Positions 1-6,927 of a DNA stretch of 13,801 nucleotides are shown here, in pieces. The position numbers and the translations under genes were made by a program. The DNA is from Verrucomicrobia bacterium UBA3869 (GTDB taxonomy: Bacteria; Verrucomicrobiota; Verrucomicrobiia; Opitutales; UBA9783). Position 1 is the stretch's first letter, and each line of letters opens with the position of its first letter. A model generated the notes under the pieces. That model worked only from the letters and a program-made list of their open reading frames with translations, had not been told where the DNA came from and did not search any database. The stretch lies in assembly GCA_002392285.1 (NCBI GenBank), contig DGGR01000039.1, positions 1 through 13,801 of the forward strand. The letters run 5' to 3'.

Positions 1-1
1 T

Positions 2-730
2 CCGCAATTGGAACGACACGATATGTCTCAAACCTATTATCCCAACATAGGACTCTATGTTCCAGCGGTTCCTCTGTTGTTTCCTGGGCTCAAACGAGCA
101 ATTTACCTCGATAGTGATGTGGTTGTGACGAGCGATTTGGGTGAACTGTGGGATATCGATTTAGGCGATAAATTGATGGGGGTTGTGTATGAAGATCCGT
201 TTTATCCGAAGCAATCCTTAGCGCAACGGAAACAAAAAATGAATTTTCCTGCTGGTAAAAAGTACTTTAACAATGGGGTGTTGTTGATGAATCTAGAAGC
301 GATGAGAGCTTTAGAGATTCCACAAAAAATAATTCAGGTGTTAGATGATATTCCGGATTTGGATTTCCATGAGCAGGATGCGCAAAACATGGTTTTTGAT
401 TCCAACCAACTTTTAGAACTAAATCCTGGCTTTAACGTCCCAGCTATTGCTCATTATGCTAAACGCGTGGCGCGTACGTATCCACCCAAGTGCATCCATT
501 ACATTATTTATCGTCCGTGGAATCTATACGGATGGTTTGTGAAGGTATGGCCGAGTTTTTTCTGCCGTTGTTGTCGGTATTATCATAAATACCTAGAGTT
601 AACGCCATGGGCCAATGAAGTGCGTACTGCGTTAAAACCGTATAAGTTTATCAAACAAACGTTGCATTTAAGCCGGGAATGGTTACAGCAGAAGATTAAT
701 TGTTTCGCAGAACGATTGTTTACCCGATGA
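2..730 (+). CDS. Family 8 glycosyltransferase (RfaI/RfaJ/LgtC-like LPS hexosyltransferase). It is 5'-truncated by the window edge; the frame is open from nt 2.
   Basis: The frame is open to the window start. GT8 hallmarks are present: DXD motif in AIYLDSDVVV, YFNNGVLLMNL, an E-Q-D motif (HEQDAQN, nt 371-379) matching the LgtC-type DQD, and HYxxxxRPW near the C-terminus. It is a paralog of the next ORF. The stop TGA at 728-730 overlaps the next ATG. Confidence 0.8.
   Translation, partial: PQLERHDMSQTYYPNIGLYVPAVPLLFPGLKRAIYLDSDVVVTSDLGELWDIDLGDKLMGVVYEDPFYPKQSLAQRKQKMNFPAGKKYFNNGVLLMNLEAMRALEIPQKIIQVLDDIPDLDFHEQDAQNMVFDSNQLLELNPGFNVPAIAHYAKRVARTYPPKCIHYIIYRPWNLYGWFVKVWPSFFCRCCRYYHKYLELTPWANEVRTALKPYKFIKQTLHLSREWLQQKINCFAERLFTR
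134..186 (+). repeat. Near-identical nucleotide block shared by the two GT8 paralogs (partner at 1069-1121)
   Basis: In my hand alignment at offset 935, 48 of 53 nt are identical, including most third-codon positions. The flanking coding sequence is clearly more diverged. A second block, 263-300 against 1201-1238, is 32/38 identical. Confidence 0.7.
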
Positions 731-1686
731 ACCAAGATCCGATACCAGTAATACTTAGTTGCGATGATAAATTCGTACGGCACGCAGCGTGTACGATTGC
801 ATCCATCGTTAAGAATTCCGATCGTCGGTATCAATTTTACCTATTGGATTGCGGTATCAGCGAAGGGAACAAGCAAAAGTTGGCAGCATGGGATTTAGGA
901 GGTAATACCCTGAAGGTTATGCCGATGGGAAAAGTAGAGGCATTTGAGCGCATTGCAACATTATCAGGGTTTTTTCCGCCTGCTAATTTCTATCGGATAT
1001 TGATTCCCGAATTGTTTCCCGAGCTAACCAAAGCGATTTACTTGGATAGTGATATTGTGGTAGTTGGGGATTTAGGTGAACTGTGGGATATTGATTTAGG
1101 CGACCAATTGATGGGTGTTGTATTCATGGAACCTGATTTTATATCGAGCCAATTTATGGCCTTGCATAAGGAGCGTTATCAAATTCCATTAGAGCATCGG
1201 TATTTCAATAACGGGGTGATGTTGATGAATCTAGAGGCTCTACGTTCCTTTAGTTTTACAGACAAACTGTCTAACTTAATTGTTAAGGTATGTTCAGCGG
1301 CTAGCAACAAAGGGGTATGCGTGCCTTGCGAACTTTTGTTTAACAAGGCCTTTGATAATGCGCAATTGTTGGCCTTAGACCCCAAATTTAACTTTGTGAT
1401 TAATTGTACTCGTTCCAAACAACTAGCTAGACGCGTACAGCCTGTTTGTTGGCATTATATCTGTTACAAGCCATGGACTTTGAGAGAACGTTCTTTTAGT
1501 GGATGTACGTTTTTTATGTTTTGTACGTTTAGACATTATTATCGTTATGCCAAATGTACACCGTGGAAGGATGAAGTCTATAAAGATATCAAATGGCCTA
1601 TCGTTGTTAAGATGCTTTGGAAATGGTGTTTTCAGCCTGTTGAAATTTTTGTAAGAAAACGGTTATTAAAACGAGGAAAAGCGTAA
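727..1686 (+). CDS. Family 8 glycosyltransferase paralog (full length, 319 aa from ATG 727)
   Basis: The N-terminus IPVILSCDDKFVRHAACTIASIV is typical of GT8. It also has the DXD motif in AIYLDSDIVVV, YFNNGVMLMNL and HYICYKPW. I prefer ATG 727 (ATGA overlap with the upstream stop) to the TTG at 700 used by the ORF track. The DQD-equivalent motif is replaced by C-E-L (nt 1327-1335). Confidence 0.8.
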   Translation: MNQDPIPVILSCDDKFVRHAACTIASIVKNSDRRYQFYLLDCGISEGNKQKLAAWDLGGNTLKVMPMGKVEAFERIATLSGFFPPANFYRILIPELFPELTKAIYLDSDIVVVGDLGELWDIDLGDQLMGVVFMEPDFISSQFMALHKERYQIPLEHRYFNNGVMLMNLEALRSFSFTDKLSNLIVKVCSAASNKGVCVPCELLFNKAFDNAQLLALDPKFNFVINCTRSKQLARRVQPVCWHYICYKPWTLRERSFSGCTFFMFCTFRHYYRYAKCTPWKDEVYKDIKWPIVVKMLWKWCFQPVEIFVRKRLLKRGKA

Positions 1687-2897
1687 TGGATTTTTGTATT
1701 CGTTTGTGTTTGTTGACCGTGAGTATCGGTGCTTTTTTTTCGAAAAAAGTATTCGATGCAGGTTATTTTGCTCTTTTCGCATTGGCAGTTTTAGAGCTGT
1801 GTGCTAAGCGTGACTTTCGTCAACAAAGCCTACAATTCCATCGCACGCACCCCTTTGTCCTACCGATTGTTGTGCTGGTTGGATTAGCTTGTGCTGGAAT
1901 GGCTTGGTCCATCGCTACCTGGAGTATCCGTTGGGCTATTTTTACCAAATATGCACGGTTAGTGATGGGTTTGGTTTTTATTCCGTTTTTTATTCGCCAT
2001 CCCCAATGTATTCCATCGGCCTTTCGGTATTTTGTTTGGCTGGCAGCTATCTATTGCCTTTGGGGCCATACATTGCTGGATTCGCTAGGTACTGGTTGGG
2101 TAAGTCCTTTGCATACAGGATTATATATCGCCTGTATTATGTCCTTTATTACCCTTAATATTTTAATCAAAAATGCAAATAGCGTAAATTTAACGCAGTT
2201 GATTTTTTTTACAATTTATCTGTTCCTAATAAACCCAGAGCGAACGGGTCCCGTAGCCAGTATTATTTCGTTGATTGTGCTATGTGTAAACGCTACTTGG
2301 ATTACCTACCGCAATCGTCGTAATGCATTAGCCGTTAAACGCCGTATGCTGAAAAACGTGATCTGGGTTTGTATTATTCGCTTTATGGCGGTGGTAATTG
2401 CATGTCACGTACTAGTGCCAGTGGTCGAAAAAGTGATGCATACCGCCAAGGCATCCTGTATAGTGGTTTCTCGAATGGATATGCTGGAGCAAGCATTATC
2501 ATTTATACAAGAAAGTCCATGGATAGGGACCGGAACGGGTTCGTATGGAACCTTACTGATGCAACACGGCTTACCTTATGTTGCTTATTACATAACTAGC
2601 GGGTTTGAACGCAACGCACATTCTCATAACGAATGGGATTTATGGATGATCCAATGGGGGATGTTAGGCTTTATAGCGTTTTTTATATGGTTCGGCACCT
2701 TTGCGCGGTATTTTTTTAAAGAAAGACGCTGTACGTTTTACGCCAGTTTTGGAGGTATCTTGCAGCTAATTTTCTTTATCGGGGGCGTAGGAGAGGCTAT
2801 TTTCTTTGTAACAGTGCCGCAGAGTATTTATCTTTTAGGGACCTGTTTATGCATTGCGATGATTGAACACACGAAAGCACAACCTACACTGGCTTAA
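1686..2897 (+). CDS. O-antigen ligase / Wzy_C-family polytopic membrane protein (WaaL-like)
   Basis: The protein is 403 aa and highly hydrophobic, with about 10-12 predicted TM segments. It has a large loop followed by the motif NAHSHNEWDLWMIQWGMLGF, which resembles the Wzy_C H-N-x-x-L...G signature. It sits directly after the GT8 genes, and its ATG overlaps the upstream TAA (TAATG, 1684-1688). A GAGGA lies about 9 nt upstream. I cannot separate ligase from polymerase by eye. Confidence 0.6.
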   Translation: MDFCIRLCLLTVSIGAFFSKKVFDAGYFALFALAVLELCAKRDFRQQSLQFHRTHPFVLPIVVLVGLACAGMAWSIATWSIRWAIFTKYARLVMGLVFIPFFIRHPQCIPSAFRYFVWLAAIYCLWGHTLLDSLGTGWVSPLHTGLYIACIMSFITLNILIKNANSVNLTQLIFFTIYLFLINPERTGPVASIISLIVLCVNATWITYRNRRNALAVKRRMLKNVIWVCIIRFMAVVIACHVLVPVVEKVMHTAKASCIVVSRMDMLEQALSFIQESPWIGTGTGSYGTLLMQHGLPYVAYYITSGFERNAHSHNEWDLWMIQWGMLGFIAFFIWFGTFARYFFKERRCTFYASFGGILQLIFFIGGVGEAIFFVTVPQSIYLLGTCLCIAMIEHTKAQPTLA

Positions 2898-4203
2898 TAC
2901 ATCCTTCTAAAACGCTGGTGGTTGCTCGTTCAATCCAAACTGACTGGAAGCTGCCGATGAGGCTAGGATCTCCATCAAAAATCACCTTTTTGTTAACTAT
3001 CGTACGACCAAAGAGCTTATGAGCGCCCTTAGGGGCATGGCCTTCAACCAGTACGGATTGGTAGGTGTGAACAAACTGCTGATTATAGCGTAACGAGGAT
3101 TGGGATAGGCAATCCAACAACACTTGATTGCGTTTTTCTTGTACATCTTTAGGAATTCCGTGAACTGCTACTAGTTCAGCTGCTGGTGTATTTGGACGCG
3201 GACTATATTTGAAGATATATGCCATGTCGAATTGGATTTTTTTGAAAAACTGAACGGTTTGTTCGAAATCAGCATCGGTTTCACCGGGGTATCCGACAAT
3301 CAGATCGGTCGATAACGATAGTTGGGGTTGAATGGTGCGTAGGGCTTGAATGAGGGCAGTTAATGTTTCCTGCGTATACCCGCGATGCATATGTTGCAAA
3401 ATACGGTTGGAAGCACTTTGGATCGGTAGATGTACGGATGGGCAGCATTTAGGTAAGGTCTTAAAGCATTGAATCAGTTGATCGGTAAAAAAGGTGGGAT
3501 GGGGGGAAATGAACCGAATCCGTTCAATGCCGTCAATCGCCTGAATGGCGTGCAGGAGATCTACAAAAGTTTTCCCATTGTCCCGATAAGCATTAACGAT
3601 TTGCCCGAGTAAAATGATTTCTCGCGTTCCCTGATCGGCGGCTGTTTGGATTTCGCGTAGGATGGAATCAAATGGGCGGTTTTGTTGATGGCCGCGTGTG
3701 TGAGGAACAATACAGTAGGAGCAACCCATGGAGCATCCTTGTTGAATGGGAATCCATCGGACAGGAGTAAACGGTAGGGGTTGTTCGTAGCACGCAAAGT
3801 TATAAGATTGAAAGTTGGTTATAACCTTAGGCGTGTTGGTTCTTAACGTTTCTTGAATGATGTGTGGAATATCGTTTAAGGATGTGGGTGGTAGAACCCA
3901 ATCGAGTTGTGGCAACAGCTTGGTGAGTTGTTGTCCCCTACGAGCAGCCATGCATCCGATAATGCCCAATCGATACCGTAGGTTGGTTCGTTTATTTTGG
4001 AGCAAACGTCTTGCCTTGCCGATAGCTTTGGCTTCAGCGCAATCGCGTACGCTGCAGGTGTTGAGTAATACCAAATCGGCTTCGGATTCGTTGTCAACGA
4101 GGGTATGTCCATCTGCCTCAAGTACCGCTTTTAGGGCCTCGCTATCCCGAAAATTCATTTGGCAGCCGTAGGTTTTTATCCAAATTTTCCGCTTTTCGTT
4201 CAC
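2884..4203 (-). CDS. miaB: tRNA-2-methylthio-N6-dimethylallyladenosine synthase (radical-SAM methylthiotransferase)
   Basis: The N-terminus has IKTYGCQMN...DSE (UPF0004 cluster). The radical-SAM motif CxxxCxxC is present in QGCSMGCSYCIVP. A C-terminal TRAM-like domain follows (VLVEG...GRT). The start is GTG (plus-strand CAC at 4201-4203), which places the N-terminus at the usual distance from YGCQMN. Confidence 0.85.
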   Translation of the reverse strand: MNEKRKIWIKTYGCQMNFRDSEALKAVLEADGHTLVDNESEADLVLLNTCSVRDCAEAKAIGKARRLLQNKRTNLRYRLGIIGCMAARRGQQLTKLLPQLDWVLPPTSLNDIPHIIQETLRTNTPKVITNFQSYNFACYEQPLPFTPVRWIPIQQGCSMGCSYCIVPHTRGHQQNRPFDSILREIQTAADQGTREIILLGQIVNAYRDNGKTFVDLLHAIQAIDGIERIRFISPHPTFFTDQLIQCFKTLPKCCPSVHLPIQSASNRILQHMHRGYTQETLTALIQALRTIQPQLSLSTDLIVGYPGETDADFEQTVQFFKKIQFDMAYIFKYSPRPNTPAAELVAVHGIPKDVQEKRNQVLLDCLSQSSLRYNQQFVHTYQSVLVEGHAPKGAHKLFGRTIVNKKVIFDGDPSLIGSFQSVWIERATTSVLEGCIKPV

Positions 4204-4295
4204 GTTTTCGTATTTTTTAATTGTGTCCGTTGTTAAAATTTGTTCTAAGTAAAATTACTTTAACGTTAAGAAAATGGTTATAGCAATTAAAGATT

Positions 4296-4970
4296 ATGAG
4301 AAAAATCCAATTAGCAGTTGAAAAGCGTGATTGCTGTGGAACAACGGCATGCGGTCGTTTGCGCAAAAAAGAAGTGATTCCCGCTGTCGTTTATGGTCCC
4401 TCTGGGATTGAGCCTTTACAGGTGTTAAAGCCTGATTTTCGTAAAATGATGCTGGAGAAGGGTGAAGGTGCTGCGTTGATTGAACTGAAAGGGAAATCAA
4501 AAACGCGGTTGTCGCTTCTACAGGCCACGCAGCGTAATCCTCGTACGGACGCTTATTTACATATCGATTTTAGAGAAGTTGATCCTAAAAAGCCCATGGT
4601 TGCAAAAGCACCGTTGAAATTCGTTGGAGATCCGGTTGGAGTTAGAGACGAAGGGGGTGTTTTGGACGTTGTACGGCATAATGTCAATGTTACCTGTTTG
4701 CCGGATGATTTACCGGAATACATCGAGGTCAACATTAACGATTTACATTTAGATCAAACCATTCACGTTAAGGATTTACCTCAACTAAAAGGCGTTTCCT
4801 ATAAAACATCGTTAACCGAGTTGGTCGTTGCTTGCGTTTCGGTTGAAGAGGAAGAAGCCGAGCAGGCTGCTGGTGATGCCGCTACTACTACAGCCCCAAC
4901 TCCTGATGCCGCTGCTACACCGGCTGAAGCCGCTGCATCTACCGCTGATAATCAAGCAGCTAAGAAATAA
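4296..4970 (+). CDS. rplY: 50S ribosomal protein L25, Ctc (long) form
   Basis: Two-domain Ctc-type sequence: the N-terminus GTTACGRLRKKEVIPAVVYG... is typical of L25, and the gene lies directly upstream of pth, a conserved pairing. It ends in an E/A/T/P-rich low-complexity tail (nt 4845-4967). Confidence 0.85.
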   Translation: MRKIQLAVEKRDCCGTTACGRLRKKEVIPAVVYGPSGIEPLQVLKPDFRKMMLEKGEGAALIELKGKSKTRLSLLQATQRNPRTDAYLHIDFREVDPKKPMVAKAPLKFVGDPVGVRDEGGVLDVVRHNVNVTCLPDDLPEYIEVNINDLHLDQTIHVKDLPQLKGVSYKTSLTELVVACVSVEEEEAEQAAGDAATTTAPTPDAAATPAEAAASTADNQAAKK

Positions 4971-5037
4971 TGGGAGCGTATTGGGTTGGCCATTGGTTAA
5001 TCTAAGCGTTTTTATGGGTCACCCCGCATAAGAGACG

Positions 5038-5610
5038 ATGGATCTATCTCTTTTGGTGGTTGGTTTGGGTAATCCCGGGAAGGTTTATGACCGTACACGT
5101 CATAATGTTGGCTTTTACTTGGTGGATACCTATGTGAGCCATCAGGGTGGTACCTGGATACAGGAACCGAGGCATAGTGGATGGCTCTCAGTTATTTATA
5201 CTCCCCATGCCAAGGTGTTGTGTTTAAAGCCTACGACGTTTATGAACTACAGTGGTACGGCGGTGCGTTCTGTGTGCGATTATTACCGCATCGATTTGCA
5301 AAACGTTTTGGTGGTATGCGATGATATCAGTATTGCCTTGGGTCATTTTAAGGTATCAATCAAGCCCGGTAGTGCAGGCCACAATGGCATTAAGCACATA
5401 TTAGAATGCTGCGGCTCAGGGTTTGCTCGTTATCGCGTGGGAGTTGGGGGGAAACCTCAAGGGATGCGTTTGGACGATTATGTTCTTGCTAAGTTCTCCC
5501 CAGAAGAACAAGCAAAACTGCCAGAGGTTGCAGCAGCTTTTGAAAAGAATTTGGAAGTCTTTATTGACAAAGGGATTTTAAAGGGTCTGAATTTTATAGA
5601 ACGATTATGA
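5038..5610 (+). CDS. pth: Peptidyl-tRNA hydrolase
   Basis: Canonical Pth motifs are present: LVVGLGNPGKVYDRTRHNVGF, KPTTFMNYSG, GSAGHNG. The length of 190 aa is as expected. Confidence 0.95.
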   Translation: MDLSLLVVGLGNPGKVYDRTRHNVGFYLVDTYVSHQGGTWIQEPRHSGWLSVIYTPHAKVLCLKPTTFMNYSGTAVRSVCDYYRIDLQNVLVVCDDISIALGHFKVSIKPGSAGHNGIKHILECCGSGFARYRVGVGGKPQGMRLDDYVLAKFSPEEQAKLPEVAAAFEKNLEVFIDKGILKGLNFIERL

Positions 5611-5912
5611 AGACGGCAAAGTCTATACGCAAGCAGTATAAAGCTACGTTTATTTTAGATACGCATAAGTGGACTGAACCCATTGAGGCTCTGATTGAGC
5701 AAATCAAGGGAACCATTGCTGAGATTGATGGCGAAGTGCTGGAAGTAAAGCCTTTGGGTATAAAACAGTTTGCACGTTGCCCGCGGAAAGAGTTTATAGC
5801 GGCTCCTTACGTGTCTATTATTTGTACGGCTGACCCCAATTTTAACAAGCTATTGAAAGAACGTATTGGATTGAATCCTAACGTGAATCGGGTGATGGTG
5901 GAAACTAACTAA
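5607..5912 (+). CDS. rpsF: 30S ribosomal protein S6
   Basis: A 101-aa protein with an S6-like pattern (YKATFIL...IEALIEQIKGTI...G.VLEVKPLG.KQFA). It sits immediately upstream of ssb, as in many bacteria. It shares an ATGA overlap with the pth stop (5607-5610). Confidence 0.85.
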   Translation: MKTAKSIRKQYKATFILDTHKWTEPIEALIEQIKGTIAEIDGEVLEVKPLGIKQFARCPRKEFIAAPYVSIICTADPNFNKLLKERIGLNPNVNRVMVETN

Positions 5913-5916
5913 CGTT

Positions 5917-6396
5917 ATGTCATCGTTCAATAAAGTATTATTGATGGGGAATTTGGTGCGCGATCCTGAATTGCGTGCCACTACCAGTGGTTTGTCCGTA
6001 GCAACCATCACCATTGCAGCTTCAAGAAGCGTACGTTCGGAAAAAGCTGAAGGGGGGATGCGGGAAGAAACCGTATTCGTCGATGTAGAGGCCTTTGGGA
6101 AACAAGCCGAAACCATTGCAAAATTCTTTACCAAAGGACGTCCGATTTTTGTTGAAGGACGTTTACGGTTGAACGAATGGACGAACCAAAATGGTGAAAA
6201 ACGTAGCAAATTGTTGGTTGTTTTGGAAAATTTTGTTTTTGTAGGGTCTAATGATAAAGCCAAAGGAGCTGATGGGTTAACGGCCATGGAAGCTGCTCCA
6301 AAGGTAGAGACAAGTGAGCCTCATAATAAGAAAACCAAGAAAAGCAAAGACGCTCTCGCTTCAGAAGCTGAGGCGGATGAAGATGTTCCTTTTTAA
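5917..6396 (+). CDS. ssb: Single-stranded DNA-binding protein
   Basis: OB-fold N-terminus NKVLLMGNLVRDPELR...G..VATITIA, W/F-containing core, a disordered linker and the acidic C-terminal tip DEDVPF (canonical D-D-D-I-P-F type). Confidence 0.9.
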   Translation: MSSFNKVLLMGNLVRDPELRATTSGLSVATITIAASRSVRSEKAEGGMREETVFVDVEAFGKQAETIAKFFTKGRPIFVEGRLRLNEWTNQNGEKRSKLLVVLENFVFVGSNDKAKGADGLTAMEAAPKVETSEPHNKKTKKSKDALASEAEADEDVPF

Positions 6397-6405
6397 GAGA
6401 AATTT

Positions 6406-6867
6406 ATGGCGCAGGTAAAAGTTTTATTGTTGAAGCCCCTAAAGCACCATGGGGATGAGGGAAGTATTATTTCGGTTAAAGCCGGTTATGCGCGTAATCG
6501 TTTAATCCCAGGTGGTTTTGCCAAATTAGCTTCGGGAGCAAACGAAAAGCAAGTTCAAGCACTTTGTAGAATTCGTGCATTGCGCGAAGCAAAAGAGTTA
6601 GAAGCGGCTAAAGCGTTGGCTGAAAAAATTCAAGCTACCCAGCTAACGATTGCTGTAAAAACGGGTGAACAAGGGAAGTTATTTGGCTCTGTTTGCGCTT
6701 CTGATTTAATGAAGCGTTACGAAGCAGAGGGGATCGTTTTTGATAAAGATTGTTTGCGTTTTGGGCAGCCCATCAAGCAGTTAGGAAAGCATGCCTTCCA
6801 AGTGCGTTTGCATAAGGATGTGGTGCTCGACTTAAGCGTTGAGGTGGTTTCAGAAAACCCACTATAA
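6406..6867 (+). CDS. rplI: 50S ribosomal protein L9
   Basis: The N-terminus VKVLLLKPLKHHGDEGSIISVKAGYARNRLIPGGFA matches the L9 N-domain signature. A long helical linker and a C-domain follow. It lies upstream of dnaB, a widely conserved adjacency. Confidence 0.9.
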   Translation: MAQVKVLLLKPLKHHGDEGSIISVKAGYARNRLIPGGFAKLASGANEKQVQALCRIRALREAKELEAAKALAEKIQATQLTIAVKTGEQGKLFGSVCASDLMKRYEAEGIVFDKDCLRFGQPIKQLGKHAFQVRLHKDVVLDLSVEVVSENPL

Positions 6868-6927
6868 AGGCGTGCGGAGGGGCATTTTTTAACGGTCCTC
6901 CCTCGAAAGCGTGCAATTAGATTTGCC

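Noticed and set aside
700-726. TTG start at 700 for the second GT8 gene (ORF-track start)
   Set aside because: ATG 727 gives the canonical ATGA stop/start overlap and an N-terminus at the usual distance from the conserved GT8 N-terminal strand. The extra 9 residues (MFRRTIVYP) have no support.
1889-2599. Alternative-frame plus-strand ORFs 1889-2158 and 2369-2599
   Set aside because: Both are embedded out of frame within the 403-aa membrane-protein ORF. The long frame gives coherent TM segments and the Wzy_C-like motif.
3561-4171. ORFs of 78-104 aa (3561-3797 minus, 3857-4171 plus, 3876-4121 minus) inside miaB
   Set aside because: All are nested in or antisense to the strongly supported miaB frame. 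They have no motifs and their composition is typical of off-frame translation.
4204-4295. Divergent promoter region between miaB and rplY
   Set aside because: The region is AT-rich and must contain promoters, but I found no -35/-10 pair with acceptable spacing. The best -10, TAAAAT (4250-4255), has TTGTTA only 14 nt upstream. I have therefore not called it as a feature.
4828-5031. 67-aa ORF overlapping the rplY tail, and the A/T/P/E-rich L25 C-terminal extension (4845-4967)
   Set aside because: The ORF is an off-frame read of the low-complexity region. The tail is in frame with L25, and such disordered tails occur in Ctc-type L25 proteins. It is not a separate gene.
5850-6287. 145-aa ORF on the minus strand
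   Set aside because: It lies entirely antisense to the well-supported rpsF 3' end and ssb. Its product is low-complexity and has no recognisable motif. It is a shadow ORF of a conserved gene.
6868-6927. Stem-loop GGAGG (6876-6880) / CCTCC (6897-6901) between rplI and dnaB, considered as a terminator
   Set aside because: The stem is only 5 bp (6 with a G-U pair) and the loop is about 14 nt. The T6 run lies inside the loop rather than after the stem, so it is not a credible intrinsic terminator. A regulatory role cannot be supported from sequence alone.
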